Shown: piece after piece, positions 14,186-27,154 of the stretch
How positions within the stretch are numbered: the first letter of the stretch is position 1
Layout: the number at the start of each line of letters is the position of its first letter
Source of the DNA: Eledone cirrhosa
Lineage: Eukaryota
DNA: 64,000 bases
Assembly (NCBI GenBank): GCA_964016885.1
Contig: OZ024741.1
Coordinates: 233,988,001-234,052,000 of the forward strand
Direction of reading: 5' to 3'
Translations under genes and position numbers: made by a program
Notes under the pieces: generated by a model
What the model was told of the DNA's origin: nothing
Databases searched by the model: none
The model's input: only the letters and a program-made list of their open reading frames with translations

Positions 14186-14580
14186 CTTGTGTTGAGCTGG
14201 TCATTAATTTATGGTGGTCGTGCGTGGAGTAGAGCAATCGCTAGTTGAAATATTATGAACAAAACATTTTTATTTGCCGAAGAACATATTTTCAATACTG
14301 TTTGTGAATGTGACGAAGGAAATACATTCTGATATGGAACAGTGTACAAAGTGTGTCTGTGAATAACATAATGTTACCTCATGTTGTTGTCAAGACATAA
14401 TGGATTTCGTTTATCCAGTTAGAAGATGAAACCTAGCCATCTCGGATTAGTTATATTTCATGCCATGTGTAAACGTGTTTGAGGATAGCAAAATATGCGC
14501 GTTAATTATAATAATTAGTTAATAATATTACAAAATATACCTAATTAAACTCTTTGCTTGAAATTTTATCATTCTTCATT

Positions 14581-14620
<40 letters not shown>

Positions 14621-16064
14621 TCTAGTCCTTCGCTCAAGATTAATCTATAAATTTAGATGTTTGCCTTCGTTTAAGTAAATATTACAGTAAGATTTTTAAT
14701 ATAAACAACTACAAAAAACAATTAATATTAAAACGAAAAAATTATCAATGATAAAAGAAGCGGATGCAACTTTTTTTTTTATAAAGTTATATTCCTGTTT
14801 CTTTAAAGAACATTTCATTTTTGTTCTATTGTAGGCGAAATAATGCAATGGTTTAATAGGGAAGATATAACTTACGAATTATGTCTCTAACCGTGTAACG
14901 CTTTTTAAGTAGATAACTACAATTGAAAATACTAAAGAAATGGAACCAACAATTCAATTTGAAAGTCGTCTAGTGACAGTGTATTACTGGTACTTTATTT
15001 TATCGACCCCGTAACGATGAAAGGCAAAAATGCAAATGCTTAAAATTTAAATTGCCTTAATTCTATCGTCTGCTGTTTCATTAAAGGGAGATTCTCGTCT
15101 GTATTTAATTCTATCGTCTACTGTTCCACTAAACAGATATACCTCCACTATCGTCTCTATTTATACATTTTAACTTATAACTTATACACATTTGATTTGA
15201 AATATTTTATCTAGTCCCCCCTCTCAATATTATGATGATTTCTTTCGAATGAAACAGTTCTAGTCCTGTAGAAGCCATTTATATATATAATTGAACTGAG
15301 TTAAAAATTCACAATATTTATAATTAAATAAGCTCATATATATATGTGTGTATTTATCTGTTTATTGTATTATATATAATGTGTGTATATACAGGATGTC
15401 CCCCAAAAATATATACACACTTCAACAGCATTCTAATAACTATTGCCTGTACAGGTAATCAAAGTGTCAATCGAATGTTAGTTTCGTGTTTTAACAGTAC
15501 AAATTTACAATACACACATAAAACCAGTGTATATACATACATGAGTGTGTATACACATACATGAATGTGTATATACAATATATATGTATATATATATATA
15601 GACACATATATTCACGGTGCAACGGTACATTAAAATATAGATGCGGGTGAGGGGGGGGTGTATATATAGGGGCGCTGGGGATAAAGGAGTGTAAAGCGTG
15701 TGTAATTGATATATTGAAGGAGAGGAGCGTGCAGCGATAGAGTAACAAATATATAGAGAGGGGGAGAGATGGTATTGAAGGGGAGGAGTGCAAAGCGAAA
15801 GAGTAAGAGATATATATAGAGACGGAACAGATAGAGAGAAACAGGCGTAAGTAACAGTGGAAGAGATATAGAGAGAGGTACTCTGATTGGTTGAAAATTA
15901 GCCAATGACATACAATCACCACCACCACGGCTATCCCCGAAAAATTTTTAAAGAAGCTAGGCATATATGTTAGAACACGAAAAGTGAACATTCTGTTGTT
16001 TCACACTTTTCGTGTTCTAACAGATATATATATATATATGTGTATATATATATATATATGTGTG

Positions 16065-16095
<31 letters not shown>

Positions 16096-16096
16096 G

Positions 16097-16157
<61 letters not shown>

Positions 16158-16232
16158 ATATATATATGTGTATATATATGCATATGTATATATGTGTATG
16201 TATATCTATATATATATGTGTGTATATATATA

Positions 16233-16888
16233 TCATCATCATCATCATTTTACGTCCGCTTTTCCCTGCTTGCAAGGGTGGGACGGGTCTTATTCAGCAC
16301 AGCATCTCTCCACTCGTCACGGTCCCTCGTCATCTCCACCGTCAGCTTCAATAATCTGAGGTCTGTTCTCACCACCTCCGCCCATGTTTTTCGTGGTGTA
16401 CCTCTACCACGTCTTCCTTCAACTGGCAATTCCTGGCACTTCTTCACCCATCGGTCATCCTCCATGCGCATCACATGTCCATACCACCTCAGTCTCCTCT
16501 CCCATACACTACATTCTATCCCTCTCAGACACAGTTTCTCTCTCAACACATTTATGCTGGGTCGTTCACGCACATCCAACGGAGCATGCTTGCCTCATTT
16601 CTCTCCAGCTGTCGCATATCCTCTGCAGTTGCTGCCCATGTCTCACTACCATGCAGCATCACGCTCCTCACACAGACATCATACAACCAGCCTTTCGTAC
16701 GCAGGGAGAAACCCTTCTTCGTCAACAGAGGAAGCAGCTCCCTAAACTTCTTCCAACCCGTCCTTATTCTAGATACTATGGCCTCGGAACACCCTCCTCC
16801 CATGCTAATCTGATCGCCTAGGTACCGGAAGCTATCCACCACTTCTATAGCCCCCTCTTGCATTTGAAAAATGTGTCTATTAGTGCGA
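16233..16888 (-). mobile_element. RTE LINE 3' fragment (same subfamily as 9842-11467)
   Basis: ORFs 16552..16911 and 16250..16579 are near-identical to the 531-aa ORF C-terminus; (CAT)n tail on the plus strand. Confidence 0.9.
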
Positions 16889-16961
16889 TATATGTGTGTA
16901 TATATATGCATATGTATATATGTGTATGTATATCTATATATATATATGTGTGTGTGTATAT

Positions 16962-17652
16962 ATCATCATCATCATCATCGTTTAACGTCTATCTTCCACG
17001 CTAGCATGGGTTTAGACGGGAATTGTCCCACTTGAGGGAAGATTGGTCGGGTGACCGCGTGTCGCTCATATAGCAGGTTTTCTATGGTGGGTTGCCCTTC
17101 CTAACACCAACCACATTTACAATGTGGACTGGGAGCTTTTTATCGTGTTACCTATACGGCCACATTACAGCGTGGACTGTGTTTTTTTATTCCCCTTTCT
17201 CCTTTTTTTTTTTTTTTTTTTCGTCATGACACCTACACGACCTCATTAGTTTGGACTGGATGTTGTGGTGTTGGCGGGGGTAGAGTAGGGGTAGTGGGTT
17301 TGGAGGGGCCTACTGACTGTAGGTTAACTTTGCACGTAGCGAACGCGGGTCTTCTGTATTACTGCGTGGCACCAAAGATCTCGATCCAGTGACATTATCT
17401 TAGAGAGGTGCAAGTGTGCAAGGTCGGAATTTACCAAGTCGTCCCAAGTTTTTCTGGGTCTACCTACTCCATAACTTCCATTAATTTTGATCACCCTGCA
17501 ATTTTTTATACAGCTGTCGTCTTTCAAGCACATCACGTGACCATACCAACGTAATCTTCTCTCAAGTAAACAGCATCTGATCCCTCTTATTCCTAATTTA
17601 TCACTTAGTTCATTTATGTTTAGCCGTTTGTGTAGATTTCTATTACACATCC
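16962..17652 (-). mobile_element. RTE LINE 3' fragment, long-3'UTR subfamily
   Basis: [11 protein letters not shown]...GRPRKTW; homologous to 19120-19845 in the opposite orientation. Confidence 0.85.
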
Positions 17653-17977
17653 ATATATATTTATGTAAATTTATATATATAGTATTATATAGATATGCAA
17701 ACCTTGTTATGAATTCATCTAATGATAGTTGCTGTATTAATAGCATGGATAATTCCATTTAGTGTTAATTGGATTTTAATTACAATGTTTTTTACTGATG
17801 AATGCCTCGTTAGGTTTGTAGCTTATCAGGTGAGGTATGTGAACTGTGAGATTAGCCATGCTCCAGGGGATTCCAACTTCACCAGAGCATTACATATAGT
17901 CTGACACATACATATATATATACACATGCACACACAAACTCACTTATGTGTACAGATACACATGATGATTTATATAT

Positions 17978-18311
17978 ATCATCATTTCATTTTACGTCCG
18001 CTTTTCCCTGCTTGCAAGGGTGGGACGGGAACTGATTCTGGCTTGATTTCTACAGCTGGATGCCCTTCCTAACACCAACCTCATTTACAATGAGTGCTGG
18101 GTGCTTTTTTTCCGTGGCGCCTACACGACCACTTTGCAGTGGAATGATAGGGACCCCAGTCCCTATCATCTCATTTCTACAGCTGAGTAAACTCAAGCAA
18201 TGTGAAATAAAGTGTCTTGCTCAAGGAAACAACACATCACCCAGTCTGAGAATTGAACTCACAACCTTTCGATTGCAAGGCCAATGCTCTAAACACTAAG
18301 CCATGTGCCTC
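17978..18311 (-). mobile_element. SINE family A, full length
   Basis: Near-identical to 11474-11806. Confidence 0.9.
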
Positions 18312-18319
18312 ATGTATAC

Positions 18320-18620
18320 ATATATATTTTCAAAATAGGGTGCACACAAGACAGAGAAAATAGAAAAAAAAACCGGAAAGACAGACAGTCCCATCTCCTC
18401 AGTCAACCTCTGGAAAACACTACAGTTTCGGGACACAACAAAACAGGTAGAGACAAGTTATGCTTTTAGGCAAATTACACAAATACAGGGTGCACCAGGG
18501 CTTAGCCAAAGGATAAAACTATAGAAAGGACAGAAACAGTAAAATGTATAAACACATATATTGTATGTGTTGTCCCGCCTTTACCTGTTTTGCTCAATGA
18601 CTGAGAGAATTAAATAAATA
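18320..18620 (-). mobile_element. Probable Penelope-like 3' fragment
   Basis: Shares GGAAAGAC.GACAGTCCCATCTCCTCAGTCAACC with the hammerhead-bearing fragment at 51785-52190. Confidence 0.45.
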
Positions 18621-18624
18621 ATCA

Positions 18625-19845
18625 GGGCACAGGTGCCCTCTGGGAAATGGCCATGCTCAGTGTGTAAGAAAGGAGTAGGCAGAAATTCCATTTTATGTCC
18701 CAAATGCAAACTATGGGTGCATAAAAGATGTAGTGGGATCACAGGTAAGCTATCTAAGAACGTAGATTTTATATGTGGCCAGTGCTCTGGTGCAATAAGT
18801 AGCAAGCGCCCACAGAATACTAGCTCCTTCTATTGCCCAGATGGTTCTCTAGAAATAGTGGACACCTTCCGTTACCTGGGTGACAAAATCAGCAGTGGTG
18901 GAGGGTGCTCTGAAAGTACAGTAGCCAGAGTTAGAATGGGATGGAAAAAGTTCAGAGAGCTTATACCACTATTAGCCACTAAAGGTTTCTCTCTAAAAAT
19001 GAAAGGCAGATTGTATAATGCCTGTATACAAACAGCAATGTTACATGGCAGTGAGACCTGGACAGTGTGTGTGTGCAGAGGACCTGCACAGACTTGAGAG
19101 GAAAGAAGCATGCATGCTCCGTTGGATGTGTAATAGTAATATACATGAACGGCAAAGCATAAATGAACTAAGTGAGAAATTAGGAATAAGAGGGATCAGA
19201 TGCTGTTTACTCGAGAGAAGACTACGTTGGAATGGTCACGTGATGCGCATGAAAGACGACAGCTGTATAAAAAAGTCCAGGGTGATCAAAATTGATGGAA
19301 GTTACGGAGTAGGTAGACCCAGAAAAACCTTGGACGATTTGATAAATTCCAACCTTACACACTTGCACCTCTCTAAGACAATGTCACTGGACCAAGATAT
19401 TTGGCACTACGCAGTAATACAGAAGACCCGCCTTGCCTATGTACAAAGCGAAACCTACAGTCAGTAGGCACCTCTTAACCAAATATACACCCCAACCCAC
19501 TACCCCTACTCCACCACCCCAATCCCACCAACACCACCCTTTCTCTGTGAAGTTATGTTGGTACCACAACATCCAGTCCAAAATAAATGAAGTCGTGTAG
19601 GTGTCACGACAAAAAAACACACAGTCCACGCTGCAATGTGGCCGTGTAGGTAACACGGTAAAACCCACCCAGTCCACACTGTAAACGTGGTTGGTGTTTG
19701 GAAGGGCATCCAACTATAGAAAACTTGCCAAACAGTCCTATATGAGCGAGACACGATCTCCCGACCAATCTTGCTTCAAGTGGGACAATTCCCGTCTAAA
19801 CCCATGCTAGCGTGGAAGATAGACGTTAAACGATGATGATGATGA
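18625..19845 (+). mobile_element. RTE LINE 3' fragment (PHD finger, RT C-terminus, ~400-bp 3' UTR, (GAT)n tail)
   Basis: ORFs 18633..19097 and 19018..19467, separated by a frameshift. Confidence 0.9.
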
Positions 19846-21497
19846 TACCTAATGTTTTCTTCAAAGTCTCAACTGTGTGGTATGCAGCCAGAGTGCAACT
19901 AAAGTGCACCGGTGTCATGAGGTTATCAGCTTTTCAAGAGACCTCTCAATGAAAGGACAAATTCCTGAACTGACCACTACCAATGAAAACTTCTCGGGGT
20001 GGAGAATTATCACATTGTGTGTGCATATATATATATATACAAAGAATAAGAAACACCAAAGATGATACTGATTTTTCCGATGGTCAAAGTATAAAATCAT
20101 AATCTCACATCCTCGGGATGAATCTCAATCGGATGAAACCTGTGTTAGTTTGACCTGGAGTCATAGCATAGAGCATACTTATACACTGACACATGTACAC
20201 ATATATGCACACATACAGGTATGCATAGAATACACAAACACACTTATACACTGCCATATATATGTAGGATTGTTTGTGTGTGTAGTAGTAGATGTATGTG
20301 CATGTCTTTGTATATAAGAATTGTTAACTTATATTGACTCTTTGGTTCTTATTCTTTATATATCAGCTCTCTGTGAACCCTGTTGCATCGAGCTTTAATA
20401 ATAGCAACACTGTTATTATTATTAAAGTTATATATATATGCACATGTACTCACACTCATTCATATATATATAAATCATCATGATGATATTGAGATACATG
20501 CAAGGATGTATAGAACACACGCACACTGCCATATGCCCAGAGATCCACCCGCTCATGGAGTCATAGCATAGAGCATACTTATACACTGACACATGTACAC
20601 ATATATGCACACATACACACTTATACACTGCCATATATATGTAGGATTGTTTGTGTGTGTAGTAGTAGATGTATGTGCATGTCTTTGTATATAAGAATTG
20701 TTAACTTATCCTCATTGGCTACTGCTATATCTTGTATGTATGATCTCATAACTCCTGATGGAATTGTAGTGGTGCTGTCATGACATCATGTCTTGGGTAT
20801 TTTAAAGCTGGCAAAGTCCATCCTCTCTCTAGGTCTTAACACAGACGATTTCTTCCAAAGAAGGAAAGATAGAAAGAAAAAGGGATATAAAGGAAGAGTC
20901 TACCCCAGTACTGAGCTGATACTTTTTTATCTGCTTCGAAAGGATGAAAGGCAAAGTTGATCAATGCAGCATTTGAACTCAGAACACAGAGAGCCACGAT
21001 GAATACCGTAAAGTACCCAACATTCTAACGACTCTGCCAATTCACTGCCTACTTTCCATATCTTAGATATGACCAAACATTCTGATTGGCTACTTATATT
21101 TATGATTAAGAAATCTAATTGGCTACTATCATCTAAACCAAAAAAGCCTTATCCTATAATAGTTTCTCTATTATCAAACCTTATTGTTTTATTGATTTAT
21201 TGTTTGTTTGCTGTTTTTTTTTTCTTTATCTTTTTTTTTTGTTTAAACTTTAATATTTCTTTGTTTTTCTTCTTCTTCTCGATACTTAGGATATTGGCCA
21301 GCTGTATCTGTGAGGTAATGAAGGACACCACGCAACGAGTATGGTTGGGCAGTCAGACGGCATTTGGATTTTTGAAAAAGACAACACCAACTTCAACAAC
21401 ATTAATTACAACAGCTTACTAATAATACCACCACCACCAACAACAAGTAATAAGTATAATAGCTAAAGTAGAAAGCTTGGGTGTATATTTCCACATA

Positions 21498-23171
21498 ATG
21501 ACATCTGGACAGAACATGGATAAAATCAGTGAGAAGAAGGGGCTACATGGAAGCTTAGGAGGTAAATCCAGTGTCCTGCAACACACTAATACCCCATCAC
21601 ATTCTCATGGTATGTTGACTCATATGTGTGATAAGTCTTTTCCCACAACCACATACCTAAATCAGTTTGCTGCTGGATATTACCTCCAGCCACACGGGTT
21701 ACTCCATGCCAACCAGAAGGTCTTCCCTGCTGACATCTACACCAAGCAGTTCACACCAGGGAACTGCTACTTGCAACCCTTTGATGCTGCAGCTATGCAT
21801 GCCATTGAGAAGTCATCGAATCAGTGTGCCAATGCTGTTTGCCAGAAGCAAATTTCACCGACGACTACATCGACAACAACAAATGCAGTGACAGCAGCAA
21901 CAGTAGCAGCTGCTAGAGCACCACCACCACCATCTTCATCATCATCAACAGCAGTTGCAGCAGCAGCAGCAAAAAGCACAATAAAGCAAACAACTGTGCC
22001 ATCATCATCAACACCAACAGTCACAACAACAATTTCCTCCCAGTCTTCATCACCATCAATATTGTCACAAACTATGGTGAACCAACCCACAAAGCTGCTA
22101 CCAAGCTTCCGTAATGTTCAGCCATTTGCAAAGCTGTATAGCTGTGACATTTGCCTGAAGCAGTTCACACGTCGAAACACTTTACAACTGCACCAGAGAA
22201 TCCATACAGGTGAGAAACTATTCACCTGCACCTACTGTGCCAAACAGTTTGTCCACAGAGACAAATTTCAGATCCATGAGAGAATCCACACAGGTGAGAA
22301 ACCCTTCAGCTGTGGTTATTGTCCGAAATGTTTCTCTCGCAAAGACAAGCTAAAGATCCATGAGAGCTCTCACACAGGTGAGAGACCCTACCATTGTAGT
22401 TACTGCCCAAAACAGTTTGTTCAAAGAGATAAGCTGAAAATACATGAAAGAATCCACACAGGAGAGAAACCTTATAGCTGTGAATTTTGCCCCAAACAGT
22501 TTGCTCGTGGGGACAAGCTACAGTTACACAGGAGGATACACACAGGTGAGAAGCTGCTACAGTGTAGTTACTGTCCTAAACCTTTTGTACAGAAGGACAA
22601 GTTAATTATACATGAGAGGACACACACAGGAGAGAAGCCCTTCCACTGTGAGGTCTGCACCAAGCAGTTTGCACGAAGTGACCGGCTGCAAATTCACCGG
22701 AGGACACATACAGGGGAGAAACCTTTTCACTGTGACCTCTGTCCAAAGCAGTTCATTCAAAGGTGTTACTTGAACATTCACCGAAGGATTCATACTGGTG
22801 AGAAACCGTTCCAGTGTGACACTTGTCAGAAGCAGTTTGCAAGGAAGGACAAACTTCAAATTCACATTCGCAGCCACACTGGTGAGAAACCATATGGCTG
22901 TAATCTGTGCAGTGAGATGTTTATGCGCAAGCCGCAACTAATTTCACACAAAAAACATGCACATCCTGCAGAGATGCAAATTACTCCGGAAGAGCCAAGA
23001 ATGTACTTCTGTGACACATGCAACAAACCATATCCGACAATCAATGAACTACAAATGCACAGGAAAATACATTTGCCAATTCGCAATAACTTTCTAAAGC
23101 CAACATCATGCAAAAACATTAAGGAGTATACACCAATGAGTACATTACTGTGGCAATCCATCCACCCTTAA
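21498..23171 (+). CDS. C2H2 zinc-finger protein, 11 fingers (10 tandem with TGEKP-type linkers plus 1 C-terminal), S/T/A-rich N-terminal region; single coding exon
   Basis: Intact ORF with first ATG at 21498 (557 aa). A long polypyrimidine tract and AG acceptor at 21288-21289 lie upstream. Confidence 0.93.
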   Translation: MTSGQNMDKISEKKGLHGSLGGKSSVLQHTNTPSHSHGMLTHMCDKSFPTTTYLNQFAAGYYLQPHGLLHANQKVFPADIYTKQFTPGNCYLQPFDAAAMHAIEKSSNQCANAVCQKQISPTTTSTTTNAVTAATVAAARAPPPPSSSSSTAVAAAAAKSTIKQTTVPSSSTPTVTTTISSQSSSPSILSQTMVNQPTKLLPSFRNVQPFAKLYSCDICLKQFTRRNTLQLHQRIHTGEKLFTCTYCAKQFVHRDKFQIHERIHTGEKPFSCGYCPKCFSRKDKLKIHESSHTGERPYHCSYCPKQFVQRDKLKIHERIHTGEKPYSCEFCPKQFARGDKLQLHRRIHTGEKLLQCSYCPKPFVQKDKLIIHERTHTGEKPFHCEVCTKQFARSDRLQIHRRTHTGEKPFHCDLCPKQFIQRCYLNIHRRIHTGEKPFQCDTCQKQFARKDKLQIHIRSHTGEKPYGCNLCSEMFMRKPQLISHKKHAHPAEMQITPEEPRMYFCDTCNKPYPTINELQMHRKIHLPIRNNFLKPTSCKNIKEYTPMSTLLWQSIHP

Positions 23172-23267
23172 TCCACAATTCAATTCTTGAACTCTTTTTA
23201 TGCATATGTGTGAGGATGTGCATACATCTAAATATATGTGAATCAGTGTGTGCGGTGTGTGCATGTA

Positions 23268-23312
<45 letters not shown>

Positions 23313-24104
23313 ATGAAATTAGAATCTTTTGCCATATTTTGACTACAGAAAATGGTCTAATAACAGGGCTAGCACACTTATCTAAATAATGAGGTGTTGA
23401 TTCAATTCCCATGCATGCTGATGCCCATTTTGTTCCATTATGTGGCTTATATGTCCTGTTATTAGAATGTTTTCTGTTGTCAAAATACAGCGAAACCTTA
23501 TAATTCTATTTTCAAATTTTCAATCACCGCCATATTCGAAAACACACATGCTGATATATATATATATGTGTATATAATATATATATAAAATGTGTGTTAT
23601 ATACATATATTTGTATATGAGTATTTGAGAATATCCTTGCTTGTATATATGTTTTTACATATATATATATATGCTTGTGTGTATGTATGTATGTATATGA
23701 TAGTCTTTCATGCTGAGAACAATATATACATATGTGTGATTGTTTGCGTCTAGAAGATATATTTAGAGAGAATTTTATAGTCCATCCATTCCTAGTGTGA
23801 CCTTCCCTATTCTGAAGCTGGTCCCTAATGTATAAACGGAGAAATTTGTAAAACCACTTCCATTTATAAAAATTTATAACAAAATATTTTCCAAAAATTT
23901 CTCTTCTTTTTTTCTTTTGTAATTATTTTTTTTCTGATTCTAGTCATCATCCAGGGCTTTAGTTGATCATATCAAGCCAAGTACCTATTGAATAAGTGAT
24001 CTCTATTCATTAAATTACTAGATTTTACTTTTTGGAGGAATGTAACTCAATGCACTATTTTACACCAGTAGACAATGATGTACATAATATAGGAGCCAAA
24101 ATGA

Positions 24105-25850
24105 CAATGGGGGTAGGGGGTGTAGGCATCTTATTAGCTGAGAAATAGATAGATATGGTGATAGAGGTAGTTAAAGTAAGTGACAGAATTATCAAGCTTA
24201 GAATAGTTGTAGGAAATAGACTGGTGACAATTACATCTACCTATGCTCCACATTGTCTTGAGATGTGAAGACCAGAGACAAGAAGAGTTTCGCATTGCAA
24301 GGCAATGTGTTGTTGGAGGAAAATGTGTTAGAAATGATGCTGGTACACTTAGCACCACTGATTCCTAAAAGAAAGAGGCCTGGAAATGTTACTATGAGAA
24401 ATGTGGAATGTAGAGAATGGCTGGGAGGAAGAGAAACTACCCCCAGCTAACCCAACAGAAAGACCAGTTATTGAAGTTGACAGTTATAGAGTCAAAGGAG
24501 CATTGAAAGAGATGAAGAATGGTAAAGTGGTGGGACTATCAGAGATAGTTGCTGAAATGCATTGGGAGAAGTAAGAGTTGAACTAGTAACCCACATAGTC
24601 AATCAGGTAATACAGGACAGAGTCATAGCCAATGACTGGCGCAACAGTACAATCATAAATTGTTATAAGGGCTCTAGAAAGGAGCAACTACAGAGGGACA
24701 AAACTAATGGATCAGCTGATTAGGGAAAAAGTCAAATTAGACGAGATGCAGTTTGGTTTCGTGTTCAGGCAACTACAAGAAGTTCCTAGCCACTACATTT
24801 AGCTTTTGTTGATCTAGAAAAGGCCTTTGACAAGAGTACTTTGATCCATTATCTTGTGGTCCTTAAGGAAATTAGGTGTAGAAAATGGCTTGCGAGAGCA
24901 GTGCAAGTCATGTACAGAGGAGTTGTCAGTAAAGTGTGTGTAGGAAGTGAGTTTAGTAACGAATTCAAGGTAGAGGTAGGAATTCATAAGGTTCGGTTCT
25001 TAGCCCACTGCTGTTCATCATAGTCCTCCAGGCCATAACAGAGAAGTTTAAAACTGGCTGTCCATCGGAACTTCTCTATGCAGATGATTTGGCTCTTATA
25101 GCTGAATCCATAGAAAAAAATAAGTTCTGTATGTGGAAACAGAATTTGGAATCAAAAGGTCTGAGGGTAAACTTAGCCAAAACTAAAGTGCTAGTGAGTA
25201 GGAAAGAAGATAGGACCCTTATCCCTTCAGGAAAGTAGCCCTGCTCAGTATATAGAAAAGGAATAGGCATAAACTCATACGGTGTATGCAGTGTAAATCT
25301 TAAGTCCACAAGGGATGTAGTGGGATGATGGGTAGACTAACAGGAAAAGAAGACTTTGTATGTAGAAGATGCACAGGAATAATCAAGTGGAAGAGCATCG
25401 GTGAAATAAACCTTTTTCAATTCCAGAAAGGATCCAAAGGTTGATAGCTTCTGCTAACTAGGTGACTTAATTAGAAGTGGAGAAGGGTCCTCCAAGAGCA
25501 TAATAACTAGAATAAGGATAGAATGGAAGAAATTTAGAGAGCTACACCCACTGTTGACAACAAAAGGATGACTATATAACACCACTGTGCAAATTAATAT
25601 TGCATGGTAGGGGAACATGGGCTGTGAATGCAAAAGACATGCATAGAGAAATGAAGTAACCATGCTTCATTGGCTGTGCAATTTAAACGTGAGAAAAAGG
25701 CAGAGCTTGGAGAAACTGGGTTTAAGAGGAATCCGAGGTGATGTGCATGGATGATGACCAATGTGTGAAGAAGTGCCAGGAAATGTCAGTGGAAAGAAGT
25801 CACAGTAGAGGTAGACGAAGAAAGACCTGTTGGTGAGAGCTGCCTTCAAA
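24105..25850 (+). mobile_element. Old degenerate RTE LINE (EN remnant, RT, PHD remnant)
   Basis: Frameshifted motifs: [40 protein letters not shown]. Confidence 0.8.
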
Positions 25851-25882
25851 TTGCTATATATATATACATAGATATTAAACAT

Positions 25883-26775
25883 ATCATCATCATCACTGTT
25901 TAACGTCCATTTTCCACACTAACATGGGTTAGATAAGTTGTCCTGTTGTGAGAAATGCCTGGTAACCATTTACAGTGAGTACTGGGTGCTTTTTGTCATG
26001 ACCACTACAGAGCCACTTTACAGTGTGGGCTGGGTCTTTTTGTCATGACACCTACACAACCACTTTACTGCTTGGGTTGGATGTTTTTTGTCGTTTTGCC
26101 ATCATGACCACTTTATAGTGTGGGCTGGGGGCTTCACAAGATGTATGCTTCAGCCTGTCTTTGTGGGAGGTGTATGGAAGAGTGGAGGTGAGGGTGGTGT
26201 ATACTGTATGTGTGTTTCAGCTTTGTCTTGTTACCAGAAGGCAGGCCTTCTGTATTACTGCATAACACCAGAGATCTCAGTCCTGTGTCATCATCTTAAA
26301 AAGGTGTAATTGAGCAAGGTCTGCTTTTATTACCTCCTCCCAAGTCTTCCTGGGTCTCCCCACTCCATGGCTTCCATCAACTTGTACTTTGCACCTAGTA
26401 CTCTGCACCTTTTTATACAGCTGTCATTCTTCATATGCATCACATATCTATACCAATGCAATTTCCTCTCCTGCACACTGCATCTGATTCCACTTATGCT
26501 TAGTCTCTCTTTCACTTTGTTTATGCTTTGCTATTCCCATATATTACTATTACACATGCATCGGAGCATGCGAGATTCATTTCTTTCCAATCTTCACAGG
26601 TCTTCTGTACACAATGAGCAGGTCCCACTACCATGCAACACTGATGTTCGTATGGATGCATCATACAGTCTGCTTTTCATTTTGTGGGAAAAACCTTTTG
26701 TAGCTAGCAGTGGTAATAGCTCCCTGAACTTCTTCCATCCCATTCTCACTCTGGTTACTGTACCTTCAGAATACC
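25883..26775 (-). mobile_element. RTE LINE 3' fragment
   Basis: Minus strand reads [12 protein letters not shown]...ERKLHWYRYVMHMK; the 3' UTR ends in a (GAT)n tail. Confidence 0.8.
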
Positions 26776-27154
26776 CAACTCAGTATATAAGCTCACCTCT
26801 GATTTTGTGCACAAAATCAGAGGTGAGCTTACATCCTGAAGCTGATCAACAGTGAAACATATATGTTATTAAATATGTTATGATATAACACATACTTTGT
26901 TCCTTTATTCTTTATATGTGTATATATATATATATGTGTGTGTGTATATATATATATGTGTATATGTGTGTGTGTATATATATATATATGTGTGTGTATA
27001 TATATATATGTGTATATGTGTGTGTGTATATATATATGTGTGTATATATATATGTGTGTGTATATATATATATATATATGTATGTGTATGTGTATATATA
27101 TATGTGTGTATATATATATGTGTATATATATATATATATGTGTGTGTGTGTATA

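Noticed and set aside
17790-17850. CTGATGA followed by an ATGCCTC/GAGGTAT stem
   Set aside because: No correctly placed GAAA, stem III or stem I.
20080-20156. GGTCAAA/TTTGACC stem enclosing ATCC...GGAT-GAAA
   Set aside because: No CTGANGA core is present.
26825-26880. CTGAAG-CTG...CAGT-GAAA-CATATATG hammerhead-like motif
   Set aside because: The core is incomplete and stem I cannot be paired; at best a decayed remnant.
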